Assembly: GCF_001194135.2 (NCBI RefSeq)
Contig: NC_068995.1
Location: forward strand, 36,047,097 to 36,103,944
Source of the DNA: Octopus bimaculoides
Lineage: Eukaryota
DNA: 56,848 nt
Direction: 5' to 3'
How positions within the stretch are numbered: the first letter of the stretch is position 1; each line of letters starts with the position of its first letter. The translations under genes and the position numbers were made by a program. A model generated the notes under the pieces. That model saw only the letters and a list, made by a program, of their open reading frames with translations, did no database searches and was not told the DNA's origin. Positions 1-13,343 of the stretch are shown here, piece by piece.

Positions 1-3000
1 AAACAACTATTTCCAAAAGTCTGCTTTACCAGTTTCCAGTAAGGGTTAATGGGGCACAATGAGTAATATTTACTGCATTTTTTTACTTTGGAGAAAATGT
101 ATTTTTTACAAATGTTCACTACCTCGCAAAAACTATAACAGTGAAACAAAGACCTTCTTTAAATGCAGTAAAACCTCTAACATATTCAGAACATTATTTC
201 AGAAAATTGTCACTGTTCCTTTTGAACATACAAAAAAGCAAATTTAGGCTGGGCAGAATGAGTGAGACAAGATAAGGTAAATATGCCCTTCCAGTTCTCC
301 AGAATTAAATTTGAAAAAAGAGTCATACACATAAACATCCACCCTTAGGCATCAGAAATACAACAAAATTTAAAATATCTTGGTCAAATGAAAGAGAATT
401 ATGGGAAAATAGCACATAATATTAAATTAATGAAACTCAACTAAATCTAAAAACTCAACATAAAATATCTTTTATAGCTTCTTCACCAAAAATTATTCAG
501 GCTTTTCATTAGCTACCTCAATTACAATTGGATCAAATATGAAGAAAAATTTCTTGAAAATAGTACTTGTCACCTATGTTTCACACTCTCAGCTTCAACA
601 ACAACCATGTTAGCTATACTGACCAATTTTTACTCCCAACTACATAACCTATACTGACCAAATTTGGATCTTGTTCAAAACGGGGGCACCAGTTTTCATT
701 AATGTTTTATGTAGTGTTTTTGGTACCGAAAGACTTTCAAACTTCGTATACTTATCTATTTTGTGTTATAGAACAGAAAAAAATTTTTGTATTCGGATTT
801 ATTTCATGTAAAAAATTGTCTTATTTCGATAATTTCAACCAATCACTGACAAGTATTCAGCTGTTTACAGTTACTCCTAAGCGGTGTAAAGCGTATTAAA
901 TCTCCATTACTTCTGACATTTTGCAGAGGCAACACACGTGCGTTCGTTTTCCCTAACCGACTTGCTCCTTCCCTCAAAAACCATGCCTTGTGCCTATANN
1001 NNNNNNNNNNNNNNNNNNNNNNNNNNNNNNNNNNNNNNNNNNNNNNNNNNNNNNNNNNNNNNNNNNNNNNNNNNNNNNNNNNNNNNNNNNNNNNNNNNNN
1101 NNNNNNNNNNNNNNNNNNNNNNNNNNNNNNNNNNNNNNNNNNNNNNNNNNNNNNNNNNNNNNNNNNNNNNNNNNNNNNNNNNNNNNNNNNNNNNNNNNNN
1201 NNNNNNNNNNNNNNNNNNNNNNNNNNNNNNNNNNNNNNNNNNNNNNNNNNNNNNNNNNNNNNNNNNNNNNNNNNNNNNNNNNNNNNNNNNNNNNNNNNNN
1301 NNNNNNNNNNNNNNNNNNNNNNNNNNNNNNNNNNNNNNNNNNNNNNNNNNNNNNNNNNNNNNNNNNNNNNNNNNNNNNNNNNNNNNNNNNNNNNNNNNNN
1401 NNNNNNNNNNNNNNNNNNNNNNNNNNNNNNNNNNNNNNNNNNNNNNNNNNNNNNNNNNNNNNNNNNNNNNNNNNNNNNNNNNNNNNNNNNNNNNNNNNNN
1501 NNNNNNNNNNNNNNNNNNNNNNNNNNNNNNNNNNNNNNNNNNNNNNNNNNCTCAATTCAAAAGTTTTCTTTACTTACCGTAAACACCCATGTAATTTGCA
1601 CACCTGTGTAATTTACGCAGGTGATTTTCAGGGTAAAATTTGTTAAAAAAAGGCTTCTACTTCTGTAAAATTCACACCTAAAAGTTTTGAGAATTGCCAA
1701 TATAGCTAGGGGAAAAAGGTTTTCAATTTAGTTGTATTTAGCATAATTTCACTTATGATAAGATTTTATTAAATTTTCATGAAATAAAAATAATTTCTGT
1801 TTAACAGGTATCACATTGAAAGCTATTAAATTACAAAATTTTTGTGTTGTTTATTTTAAACTTAATTTTACATTTCTTGCCCACAAGGGATTATGTCTGA
1901 TCTTTAACATACTGCTATATGTCTTCTCACATCACGATCACAGGAAAAATTGTTGATAAGAATTACCAACAAAAACAAAGCTAATAAATACTCACAGGTG
2001 TTGCAAATTACATTTAATTACCAATGAACATCAGCTTGGATGACACTTTACTCAACCGACAGAGAAAGGTGACTGATCAAGCTGATTATGTAAACAGAAT
2101 TTTTTTCCACCTATTCTTGTCGGAACCTTTGATATGTAGTATTGAAATTTTAATCCCTTTCACACTTATAAAACATCAAGCAAACTTTAAAATTTGTCAT
2201 TATCATTATTGTCAGTATGGGCAGAACTTATGGATAATTTACTATGAAGGAGAAATTAAATATGTGCTCCGTTGCAATAGGTAGAAACTCCAAGCAATGT
2301 AAAATATGGCCTGGACTGTGATTACCAGTATGAACATAAGACTTCAAAAACTAGTTAACCATTTAGTGGTTTTAAGTAAATTTATACTGAAAAATTAAGC
2401 ATTATACCATCCAGCATAAATAAAAGTCAATTTCATTATGTGTATATAAGCCATTAATTTTTCTGTAAAAACCTACTCTGACATTAAATGAGTCAACTTT
2501 ATGAGGACCCACTTTACAAGATCCCGGGTTTACGAGTTTTATCTTATGATAAATATAAACAGGTTAAATAGGCATTTTGTATGTGTGGCAATGGCGCAAC
2601 ATGTGGCAACACTGGTTCTGATGAGAAAAAGTGAGAGAGAAAGAGGGAAAGCGCTGTGCATTAAGTCTAAAATATTCTGCATAAAGTATATAAAGTGTAT
2701 ATATTAAGTGCATGAAGTAATCATTATATTCAAATTTTCTTTGATACAGACACAACACAGGTTATGCTTTCAGGTTTTTCGGATAAAGCTTTCAGAAATA
2801 ACCCAATAAGTTTACCATTGATTTCATGAAATATTCACAAGTCTTGCCAGTTCAGATTAATCTGTCAAATGTAAAGCTTATACATTCACATTGTTTTGAA
2901 TTAATTATGCATTATCTCATAGCTTTGGGATTTTGGTGGTGTGATTGCTTATTTTTAGAATTACATTGTAGGGTAGGTGTGAGAGGCCAGATCTGGCCAG

Positions 3001-3725
3001 TTTTAACATAAAACAGGTAGGAAATTTTGAGGTGGATATGGCAGGTCTAAATGATAAAGGGCTAACATGACCTCTCCCTTTCAACAACTCTACTATCTCT
3101 TATTTTCAACACACAGCATCAAATATCTGCTTAGTTTTCCCTCCTTAGAGCTGCAAGTATTTGGAATTGATTCCCTACTAACATTTTTCATTCAGCTGTT
3201 GACCAGCAACAAATTCAACCTAAACACCAACCCATCTAACCAGTCTGAGGAAAGCCTACTAATGCCATGAACTCTGCTACGTTTCCTGCCTTTCTAAATT
3301 ATATACTTTTTTAAAAATCTGAATACACTTTAACATTTTAATGTCCTATATCACCTAAATAATCATATAATTATAGCAATAACATAAATGATAATTAAAT
3401 TTTTATTGTTTCAAAATTACTGTTAAAGTTTGATCAAGCAGTTCTAAACAAATACTGGGAAATAAAATAAAAAGAGAAAATGAAAACAACTTCAAAACAA
3501 TTGAAGTCTCTATATTGATTAAAGCTGTCTACCACATGCATTGCAGGCATGTGAAATTTCTCCTAGATATCATCAAACGCTTGTTATACAAAGCTGGCTC
3601 CCAGTGCATTCTCCCTCCTCAAAATCAATAATAACAAGGCTATATTATACTACTGTAAATAAGTAATGATGAACTTGCAGTTTAATCAATTTGGCATATC
3701 TAACATTGTATCTTCTAATTTTAAT

Positions 3726-3772
<47 letters not shown>

Positions 3773-4741
3773 AGCATCAGACTTTTACAGATATCTATAT
3801 GTCTCAGTCATTGAACAGTGGCCATACTGGGGCACTGTCTTGAAGGGTTTAGTTGAAAATTTAATATCAGTACTTATTTATATATACATATACACACATG
3901 CATATGCACACACAGATATGCACTTATATCATACTATAACGGGCATAATGTCCGCCCGTCCGTCTGTCTACTCACATCACGGCCAAACGGTTGGGCCGAT
4001 CGGCATGAAACTTTGTACAGGTGTTCAGGGTGTCTTTAGGGTGGTTTATATATAGGTTTAGTCCCTCACTCCACCCCCTATTTTCAGAAAAATTCCATCA
4101 GTTGAGGTAACTTTGGCACCCAGAAATAACTTTGGCAGAAGGAATAGGGTGACCTATACCCTCCAAAAGGGACATGCTTGACTGCCTCCTTCTGCCCCTG
4201 TCCCACCACCACCCCTACCCAAGTAATACCATCAATTGAGGCAAATTTGACACCCGGAGGTAAGTTTTGTAAGAGGAATAGAGAGGCCTACCTTCTCCCG
4301 CAGAGATCANNNNNNNNNNNNNNNNNNNNNNNNNNNNNNNNNNNNNNNNNNNNNNNNNNNNNNNNNNNNNNNNNNNNNNNNNNNNNNNNNNNNNNNNNNN
4401 NNNNNNNNNNNNNNNNNNNNNNNNNNNNNNNNNNNNNNNNNNNNNNNNNNNNNNNNNNNNNNNNNNNNNNNNNNNNNNNNNNNNNNNNNNNNNNNNNNNN
4501 NNNNNNNNNNNNNNNNNNNNNNNNNNNNNNNNNNNNNNNNNNNNNNNNNNNNNNNNNNNNNNNNNNNNNNNNNNNNNNNNNNNNNNNNNNNNNNNNNNNN
4601 NNNNNNNNNNNNNNNNNNNNNNNNNNNNNNNNNNNNNNNNNNNNNNNNNNNNNNNNNNNNNNNNNNNNNNNNNNNNNNNNNNNNNNNNNNNNNNNNNNNN
4701 NNNNNNNNNNNNNNNNNNNNNNNNNNNNNNNNNNNNNNNNN

Positions 4742-5037
4742 TTTACTTGTTTCAGTCATTTGACTGCGGCCATGCTGGAGCACCGCCTTCAGTCGAACAA
4801 ATCGACCCCAGGACTTATTCTTTGTAAGCCTAGTACTTACTCTATCGGTCTCTTTTGCCGAACCGCTAAGTTACGGGGACGTAAACACACCAGCATCGGT
4901 TGTCAAGCGATGGTGGGGAGACAAACACAGACACACAAACACACATACATATATACGACGGGCTTCTTTCAGTTTCCATCTTCCAAATCCACTCACAAGG
5001 CTTTGGTCGGCCCGAGGCTATAGTAGAAGACACTTGC
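4742..5037 (-). mobile_element. tRNA-derived SINE family A, head-truncated, nested in the Helitron
   Basis: Near-identical to the copies at 13344-13742 and 23943-24278 (TTTCAGTCATTTGACTGCGGCCATGCTGGAGCACCGCC...AGAAGACACTTGC). Confidence 0.85.
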
Positions 5038-6160
5038 TTCTTGAACAAGAAAGAGATACAGAAGCACGGAGTGCAAAGCGCCAGAATATAGAAGTGAAAG
5101 ACTCTGAGCGACAAAGAAATGCGTCAGCATGTCGACCATGTAGGCTAAATCCGGCTGTCAGAGATGCAGAACAAGAGAACAATACCGCAGCACGTCGATC
5201 AAGGAGAAGTTCTCCTACAGTTAGAGCTACCGAACAAACCTATAACACTCGAGTACGACTGCAAGCTAGGCAAGCGTAATTGCAAGTCGAAGATGACGAG
5301 TTACAAAATATTTCCCTCACGGATAGTGAAATCAATTATAATTAAATTGCAGTGCAAGATGATTTTGACGAAAATAAGATCCCAGTATCACACCGGTCTC
5401 ACAGCTGTGACAGTTTTGGAGGTTATGTATGCCTGCATTGCAAAGCGAAACACTGGCCTGCTGAACCAATTTCTCTATGCTGGGAAAAAGGGAAAGTTAA
5501 AGTTGAGCCTATTCCGAATTTATTAGACGATATTTTGAAATTATGGGGCGATAGCAGATTTATAACAAAAATTCTATCATACAACAACGTGCTTGCATTT
5601 GCTTCAATTGGATGCAAAATTGATACTTCGTTAAGTGAATTTAATCCAACATACAAAATACAAGGTAAAATTCATCATACAATTGGAAATTTACTGCCAG
5701 ACGATGGTCAATCGCCAACTTTTGCTCAGCTTTACTTCTACGATACAGATTATGAGACCAGAAATCGTATGGAGCACATGGATCAGTTAGATCCAGATAT
5801 AGCAACTGATCTACAAAACTATATTCGTCAAGTTAATCCTTACGTTCCATCTTTTCAAGCAGCTATAGATTTGTCAAAAACTGAAAATCTTTCAATCATT
5901 TTACATCACGATAAAAAATCAAAACCATCCAATGAACACTGTAGACAATATAACCTACCTATGAATTCCAAAGTTGCTGCGTTGGTTCCTGGTGATATTA
6001 AAGATCCTTTGGACTCATCATCCACTGTCAGAATGCACCGTACAAACGCATTAACTCACTTCTTATGATCCGCTACACTATGTCCTGTTTTTCCAGAAGG
6101 AACTGATGGCTGGCAGCTGAATTTGAAGAAAACAAATGGACAGACATTGACGGCAATGGC
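5038..6160 (+). pseudogene. Helitron RepHel N-terminal fragment with in-frame stops and frameshifts
   Basis: ORF 5352-6068 has Helitron motifs: CLHCKAKHW..CWEKGKV, SYNNVLAFASIG, YKIQGKIHHTIGNLLP, FAQLYFYD, VNPYV, YNLP...VAAL. After frameshifts it continues to GWQLNL. No Rep catalytic or helicase domains are present. Confidence 0.9.
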
Positions 6161-7329
6161 TTGCTAGTATATATATAAACACGCGCGCGCGATCATACAT
6201 ACATACAAACATATATACATATATATATATATANNNNNNNNNNNNNNNNNNNNNNNNNNNNNNNNNNNNNNNNNNNNNNNNNNNNNNNNNNNNNNNNNNN
6301 NNNNNNNNNNNNNNNNNNNNNNNNNNNNNNNNNCACAGCCACTTGGCTGAAACCCATAAATAAATATATATATATATATACATAGTTGAAAAATATCGTT
6401 ATAGGTATAAATATACCATAAATATTTATAGAAAAATGGAAGAGAAAAAGATGTTGAATCAAAATTAGACTTATTACAAAATAGGATTCAAAACATACGC
6501 ACGTTTCAAAGGACAATACAAATATGTAAGAAAAAATTATAATCATAGAAATTATAATTAAATTTATGCATTGTCATTTTCATCAGTGTGAGGAATTTTT
6601 GTAAAGACATAAAAAAAAGCATTAATAGAATAGAGTAAATTAAAATAAGATACCATAAGGGAGAATACAAATGGGGTAATAGGGAAACAAATCGGATATT
6701 TACAAGCAAGTTGTAAAAGGGAAAAAATGACAGTAATAATAAGTTAGAGGGACGATAGAGAAAAAAGACAGACATATCAATGTGTATGCACGTCTATATG
6801 TGCAGTAAACTGTAACATAAAAATAAGAATAAAAACCTCATGGATATGTTTTTAAAAAATGGTAACAGGTCGAGACAAAGAATAATAAACAGGGCCACGT
6901 TTGTACAGTAGAATATAACGTAACAGGTGGACTAGTAGAAAAAAACCATAGAGGGTTATACATATACATATTAATATTGAAAAAGGAAAAAATATATATA
7001 TATTTTACACGAGGCTAAAAAATTGATAGGCAAGACTATGTTTGAAAAAGGTTACAATATTTAAGTAAAAATGTACATACATGCAGAGAAAAAAAAACAA
7101 AGAGAACTTAACAAGGAAAAAACATCGATCATAGACATGACCGGCCGATGTATTCAAGATAGTTACCTTACTCAAAAACTAGCCCAGGGTAGGGGAAACA
7201 ATCAGAAAAAAAACGAAGGAAAAGCGAATATATGAAGGAGAAAATCATTATAAAATTGCAAGTGATAGAAAAAAACGTATACACTTAACACATAAGAATA
7301 TACAGTCATACACTTATACATACATGCAC

Positions 7330-7715
7330 ACATACACAACACATATATATATATATACACACACACAAAAACGTACATACACTCACACAGGGGTGCAAAT
7401 GTGAGGGAAGATACAACAAGTAAAATTAAGAAGTGCTTATTCACAGAAGACGCATGTAAATATAAATAAATATATAAACATATACACACGTACATACACA
7501 CATATACAACTATATATATACACACACACATGCATACATATATATATATACACACACACACATATACACACATATATATAAATATACACACACACATATA
7601 CACACATATATATAAATATACACACATATATATAAATATACACACACACATATACACACATATATATAAATATACACACACACATATACACACATATATA
7701 TAAATATATATATAT
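7330..7715. repeat. Compound (AT)n/(AC)n micro/minisatellite
   Basis: Repeated ATATATAAATATACACACACACATATACACAC-like units. The ORFs here are low-complexity artefacts. Confidence 0.9.
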
Positions 7716-8364
7716 GTTTTTTTTTCCTTTTGGAAAATGTTTTTTTGCACAATGTCTTGAAAGTGCTCAGGTTGAACCTAGATGCTAGACTTTGTATAAC
7801 TTGGTTTAAGAAGAGACAATATTTAGATAATCATCCTATAGTTATGATTTACATCAATATAATAAATACATATAACACAATAAATGCACCAAGGCAGGGA
7901 ACATGTCAATATATTATTTAGAATAGAAATTAGAAATACATGAGGTAAAAATATAAGCGAAAGGAGTAAATAAATAAAGAGTGATACATGGATTAAAAAT
8001 CATATTAAATTTAAGATGAAAAATGTTGAATTAAGAATTGAAAGTTGTAAGATACATCGACAGCAGTGAGAAATATCTTAGTGATCGATTTGAAAGTCAG
8101 AGAAATAATAAGGATAAAGTTGTTTTAAGAGTTCTAAATAAATGTTTATACAGGGTTATAGCACCATATAAGATGTATTTCGATGGCCGTTTTTGGAGTC
8201 CATTAGTCTACAAGCTATGAATCCTTTAGTTTCACACTGTCAATGTCCACTTCATCAGGAAATAAGGAAATAGATAGCACGGTTCAATGAAATATAAGAA
8301 AAAGGAAAATTTAAAGTTACATTATGTTTTTCGTTGGCTATTACATTTAAGCACATTAAAAATT

Positions 8365-8749
8365 TAACAGTACTAAACACAGTCCACTAGTTAACCAGTG
8401 CCTTAGGAAGAATGTGATTTATAGGAGCACTGTTGTTTCTGATAATACTTACCACTACATGCGAGCAACATCTCAGTTTAAATATTCATACGAAAGTCAC
8501 ATCCACTCCTTTTAAGAACTTTTAATAAGCATAAGTCTACATCTTTGACAGAGCTGATATGGGAAAGTGCCATACGAAATTTCCTGGTCTGTGGTGAGAA
8601 TTGTGCTCCCCTACATGGGAGGTGGATACAACCTATGCTTAGTCGAAGCACTAAAAATATACCATAAAGCTAACATTATAAACAAATCTAATGAAGTTCT
8701 GATACTGTGCCCAATTAAATACTACAAAACCTTCGCTAAATCTCCATAA
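8365..8749 (+). mobile_element. Penelope-like element GIY-YIG endonuclease C-terminal fragment (degraded)
   Basis: Translation across frameshifts gives PLVNQCLRKNVIYRSTV...TSLTELIW...YEISWSVV..PYMGG..NLCLVEALKI...NKSNEVLILCP. This matches the Penelope/Neptune C-terminal pattern CPL..C...NVIY...LS..IW...I.WSI...PY...CNLCL.E...N.R.E...C. Confidence 0.7.
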
Positions 8750-10287
8750 GTTCTTCTTCTTTTCTTTTTCCACGTCTTCTCCTCCTTTCTCCTCCTCCTC
8801 CTCCTTCTCCTCCTTTAACCATGCTTTTATCTCCTTTGGTATTGAGACTATATTTGCCTCGGCCATCTTTTTACATGTATTTACATTTTCATCTTTATTT
8901 ACTTCTTGTTTCATCCCAATATAAGCAAAACACAAAGTCTGGCAGACACAATATGTAAAAACCTGCACCTTTGATGCAGATCTGAAGAAATGCCACACTA
9001 ATGTTTAAAACTGCAAATATTGTGTAAATTTTCACTTGGAACTTTTGCATGAACCTACATTGAAAGCTGAGTTGGTACAGAAACAATTGTAACAGGTCAT
9101 TANNNNNNNNNNNNNNNNNNNNNNNNNNNNNNNNNNNNNNNNNNNNNNNNNNNNNNNNNNNNNNNNNNNNNNNNNNNNNNNNNNNNNNNNNNNNNNNNNN
9201 NNNNNNNNNNNNNNNNNNNNNNNNNNNNNNNNNNNNNNNNNNNNNNNNNNNNNNNNNNNNNNNNNNNNNNNNNNNNNNNNNNNNNNNNNNNNNNNNNNNN
9301 NNNNNNNNNNNNNNNNNNNNNNNNNNNNNNNNNNNNNNNNNNNNNNNNNNNNNNNNNNNNNNNNNNNNNNNNNNNNNNNNNNNNNNNNNNNNNNNNNNNN
9401 NNNNNNNNNNNNNNNNNNNNNNNNNNNNNNNNNNNNNNNNNNNNNNNNNNNNNNNNNNNNNNNNNNNNNNNNNNNNNNNNNNNNNNNNNNNNNNNNNNNN
9501 NNNNNNNNNNNNNNNNNNNNNNNNNNNNNNNNNNNNNNNNNNNNNNNNNNNNNNNNNNNNNNNNNNNNNNNNNNNNNNNNNNNNNNNNNNNNNNNNNNNN
9601 NNNNNNNNNNNNNNNNNNNNNNNNNNNNNNNNNNNNNNNNNNNNNNNNNNNNNNNNNNNNNNNNNNNNNNNNNNNNNNNNNNNNNNNNNNNNNNNNNNNN
9701 NNNNNNNNNNNNNNNNNNNNNNNNNNNNNNNNNNNNNNNNNNNNNNNNNNNNNNNNNNNNNNNNNNNATATATATATATATACTGTAAAGTATAAAGTTA
9801 GAAATGAGGTGATCCTCTTTCACAAGAACACTTCATTTCATTCCACCCCATACACATCCTCCACCTTCAATACTTAAGTTATGATAATGTTAATGTATGG
9901 TAATAAATGCAATAATATTCATTTCCACTCACATCAAAAGTTCTGTGTATTTGGTGATAGCAAAAATGAGGTTGTGTCATTCTCAAATATAATCAAATTA
10001 CTCTCGACTGAAATAAAAGCATTTTGTGATCTTTGCTTTTTCCAAAATGTTTCTCTTGTAAAAGTGAAATAGCATAGTATGTATGGTATTGTATTATTAA
10101 AGTTCTACACTTCTCTCTATGAGCTTCGATTCACCAAGTTGTTGGGAATAGATATCTGATACTCTGAGAATGTTATCTAATATAGAGTTATCCCATCAGT
10201 GATTAGAGTTATTCTTATCAAATTGACATCATGAAACATCTTCTGCTTGACACTTATTCAATGTGGCATATTTCCATGACTTATTAA

Positions 10288-10486
10288 CCCTTTCATTACT
10301 GTATTTATTTTAAGATGTTTCTTTCAATTATTTTAAATACAACAAAGAATTTAATAAAATAACTTAGTTATCATTCAGCTAATGTTAGGAATATAAATTG
10401 TGACTAAGGTTTGATGGAAGATTTTTATTCAAAGCTCATGTACTCAGAGCCAGTGCCGGTTTCAGTTGGGGTTGGTAACGAAAGGG
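10288..10486. mobile_element. piggyBac-like MITE
   Basis: Left end TTAA|CCCTTTCATTAC and right end GTAACGAAAGGG|CTAA give TIRs with a TTAA-type target site (one copy mutated). Confidence 0.65.
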
Positions 10487-11568
10487 CTAAAGCTTTAATT
10501 TTAAGAATGACTGTTTGACTATAGAGAAGTTATACTATCAAATTAATCATATTTGATGAAAACTTACATTATTTCTTGTGAATCTTAATATTTGAAATAT
10601 GCAGTGTTCATTCTTAAAACCTTCATATCAGCCACTATTTCATCTGTTCTTTGAAAGAGCCTTTACTTAAGATGTAATTTTGCAGCTTTCATTTTCAATC
10701 ATGTTGTAATCAAATGAATAAATCACATCATTGCTATTTAATTTTCAGCCAGTTATTCTGAAATATGAAATATCATGTCTTGGTTAATGTCAGCTCAATG
10801 CAATCCTCGTGAGATACAGCAAACTAATACTACAAGTCTTAGAGGCTTATTCTCTTTTTTTGCAACTCCATGGCTGAAGAATCAGCAATAGTCAACCACC
10901 ATGGCAAAGACAAGACTGATAATTATAGATTGATGTGGTATGTGCAATACCTAAAGAAGAATATACTGGTTTCTTCTTTGAAATCAGCTCAATATGCAAA
11001 CAAAGATTTTATTAATCACACCTTAGTCTTCATGTGAATTGTAACCATTCATGGTACCTATTTATATTGACTATGGATACAGTGCAGCTCTTGTTTCTAA
11101 AATGTGAAATTATGATCCTTTGATTAATACTCTAATTAAGCTCTATTAAATTCAGCACAAAACAAAATGTTGCAATATATTTTACATTATTTTAATATAT
11201 CTGAAGCAATTAACCATTCTGTTACCATATTTCTTTTGAAATACTATTTTTGTTTCAATTACTTTTGGAAATAAATGATGAAATAACTTCATTAATTTTA
11301 ACCTAGTATTTGAAACATGAAATTTTATTGGAAGGTTTTAGATTACTTTAAAATGTTTTATATCATAGAACCAGGGGTGGCGCAAGTGAGTTGATCTGTA
11401 ATTAATCTTTACATTAGTTTCATTTCATTATTAAACTGTTATGTTAAACTTTGATCTGCTGACATATTTGATGACTTATCATTAAGTTGGTAAAAAAATA
11501 ATATCTGAACTGACAAGTGAAATGTTTGTATCTGGTTTGATATTTGTAGCCTAAAGAGATACAGTGCA

Positions 11569-11671
11569 ATGAGGATTTTAAAATGTTGGCATTCCAAATA
11601 TGGCTTGTGTTTACAGAGACATCGTGTTGCAGTTATAATACTTATTATTCTTCTAGTAACATTGTGGCTAG
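11569..11671 (+). CDS. HtrL/YibB-like protein, coding exon 1 (cytoplasmic tail and transmembrane anchor)
   Basis: ATG at 11569 lies after a TTTGTAG acceptor (11549). Encodes MRILKCWHSKYGLCLQRHRVAVIILIILLVTLWL. Donor G|GTAAGT at 11671/11672, phase 1. Confidence 0.75.
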
Positions 11672-11904
11672 GTAAGTTGTCCTTATCTTCATCTGTTTGT
11701 TTTGATTATCATCTTCATCATCATTATATTCATCATCATTTCGCATTCACTTTCTCCAGCATAGCTTCGATTGGCCATCATGGTCCAAGTTATTTCTTAT
11801 TTTGACTACAACTATTAATACCCACCCACTTTACAGAATATTCTGGATACATTTCACTGCAGTGCCCACACTAGAAAAGTTACCTTGTGTTGTCTCTGTT
11901 TGCT

Positions 11905-12225
11905 TGCAAGGCATGTGATTTAGTGGTTAGGGGTATCTGGCTCATGATCGTAAGGTCATGAGTTCAATTTCAGGTAGCACGATGTGTCTTGGATCAAGAC
12001 ACTTTATTTCACAATGTTACAGTCTATTCAGCTGTAATTCAAAGGGGCCAGCATTATCACATTCTATGTCATGCTGAATCTCCCTGAGAACTATGTTAAG
12101 GGTATGCATGTTTGTAGAGTGTTCAGCCACTTGCATGTTGATTTCACAAGCAGGCTTTTTTGTTGATCAAACCATCGGGGGACACTCACCGTTGTAACTG
12201 ACAGAGTGTCAGTTGTCTCTGTTCA
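11905..12225 (+). mobile_element. Diverged tRNA-derived SINE (family B related)
   Basis: tRNA-like head (TAGTGGTTAGGG...GAGTTCAATT) plus a body similar to the reverse complement of 16045-16432. Confidence 0.6.
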
Positions 12226-12556
12226 TCATGACTACATGAGTGAGAAGGTGAATAGAAGAGGGAGAGTGTGTATGAGGAGAATGTTAGCAACATAGTCGTA
12301 GTAGTAAAAGGAGTGATAGAGGAGGGCTACATTTGAAAGAGAAGAGATTGGGTGGTGCAAGAAGTACTGTTGGTAGAGGGGGAGGTGAAATAGGGGATGA
12401 AAGGAAGGATAGTGATTATATGTCAACAAAAGTAGAGTGGTTTACTTCACTAACTGCAGCTACTTTCCACATTTCACATCAGTGATTATCCTTGAAGATA
12501 TTAAATACAGCATCTTGCCTAATAGACATTCTGTGCAAGGCAGAGAGAATGTAAGT

Positions 12557-12755
12557 ATTGATTTCAAATTTTAGCACAAGGCCAGCAATTTCAGAGGAGG
12601 GGCTAAGTTGATTACCTCAACCCTAGTGATCAACTGGTACAAATTTATACAAAAAGATGAAATGAAAAGTTGGCCTCAACAGAATTTGAACTCAGAGTGT
12701 AAAGATGGATAAAACACTAAGCATTTTGCTTACAACTCTTCCAGTTTGCCACTTT
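12557..12755 (-). mobile_element. SINE family C fragment
   Basis: GATTTCAAATTTTAGCACAAGGCCAGCAATT...ATTTGAACTCAGA. Similar copies at 26545-26730 (-), 12915-13080 (+) and 27490-27620 (+). Confidence 0.65.
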
Positions 12756-13343
12756 TAGGAAGAGTGTAAATATTATTATTACATGTTGTTGAACCACACT
12801 ACACCCATAACTTCTAGTTTGCATTGACCTTTTTATCAATCTTTCTATTATTATCGAGTTGTATAGGTCTGTGAGCTATCAAAAATCATTACTACACTGA
12901 ACCAAATACTTTGTAGCATTTCTTCCGGCTTTACATTCTGAGTTCAAATGCTGCCAAGGTCAACATTGCCTTTCGTCCTTTCAGGGCTGATAAAATAAGT
13001 ACCAATTGAGTAGCAGGGTCAATGTAATCAACTAACCTCCTCCCTACAATATTCAGGTCTTGTGTCTATAACAGAAAGGATTATCATCTAGTTGTGGCAG
13101 GAATGTTGCTAAGCCCCTGCAACCCCTGCAGTTACAGGGGGGCCTCCGCAGTTGAGAGGCCCCATATTGAGATCAAAGTACGTAGATGAGTCATCTATTT
13201 ACTTTGGTTAAGATGTTGAACATGAATTAAACTATCTATGTTAACTGAAAATTTCAAGAAATAAAATGGTAATACATCGTACCTCCAAAAGTTCTTGTAA
13301 AAATATTACGTTGTACCATGAACATGTACCAGACTTTGTGGAT

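Larger units (their letters stand above)
3929..6167 (+). mobile_element. Internally deleted Helitron with both termini (interrupted by an N gap and a SINE)
   Basis: Starts A|TC at 3928/3929 with a Helitron-like 5' leader (TCATACTATAACGGGC...GTCCGTCTGTC...). Ends CTAG|T at 6164-6168, preceded by the hairpin CATTG-ACGG-CAATG (6145-6158). Contains a RepHel fragment. Confidence 0.75.

Noticed and set aside
1-650. Possible degraded LINE RT (LKYLG-like motif near 370) or a host exon
   Set aside because: There are too many stops and no YADD-type anchor, so it cannot be supported.
7202-7752. ORFs rich in YI, CV, HT, poly-T or poly-Y here and elsewhere
   Set aside because: They are translations of (AT)n, (AC)n, (ACT)n and (ACAT)n microsatellites.
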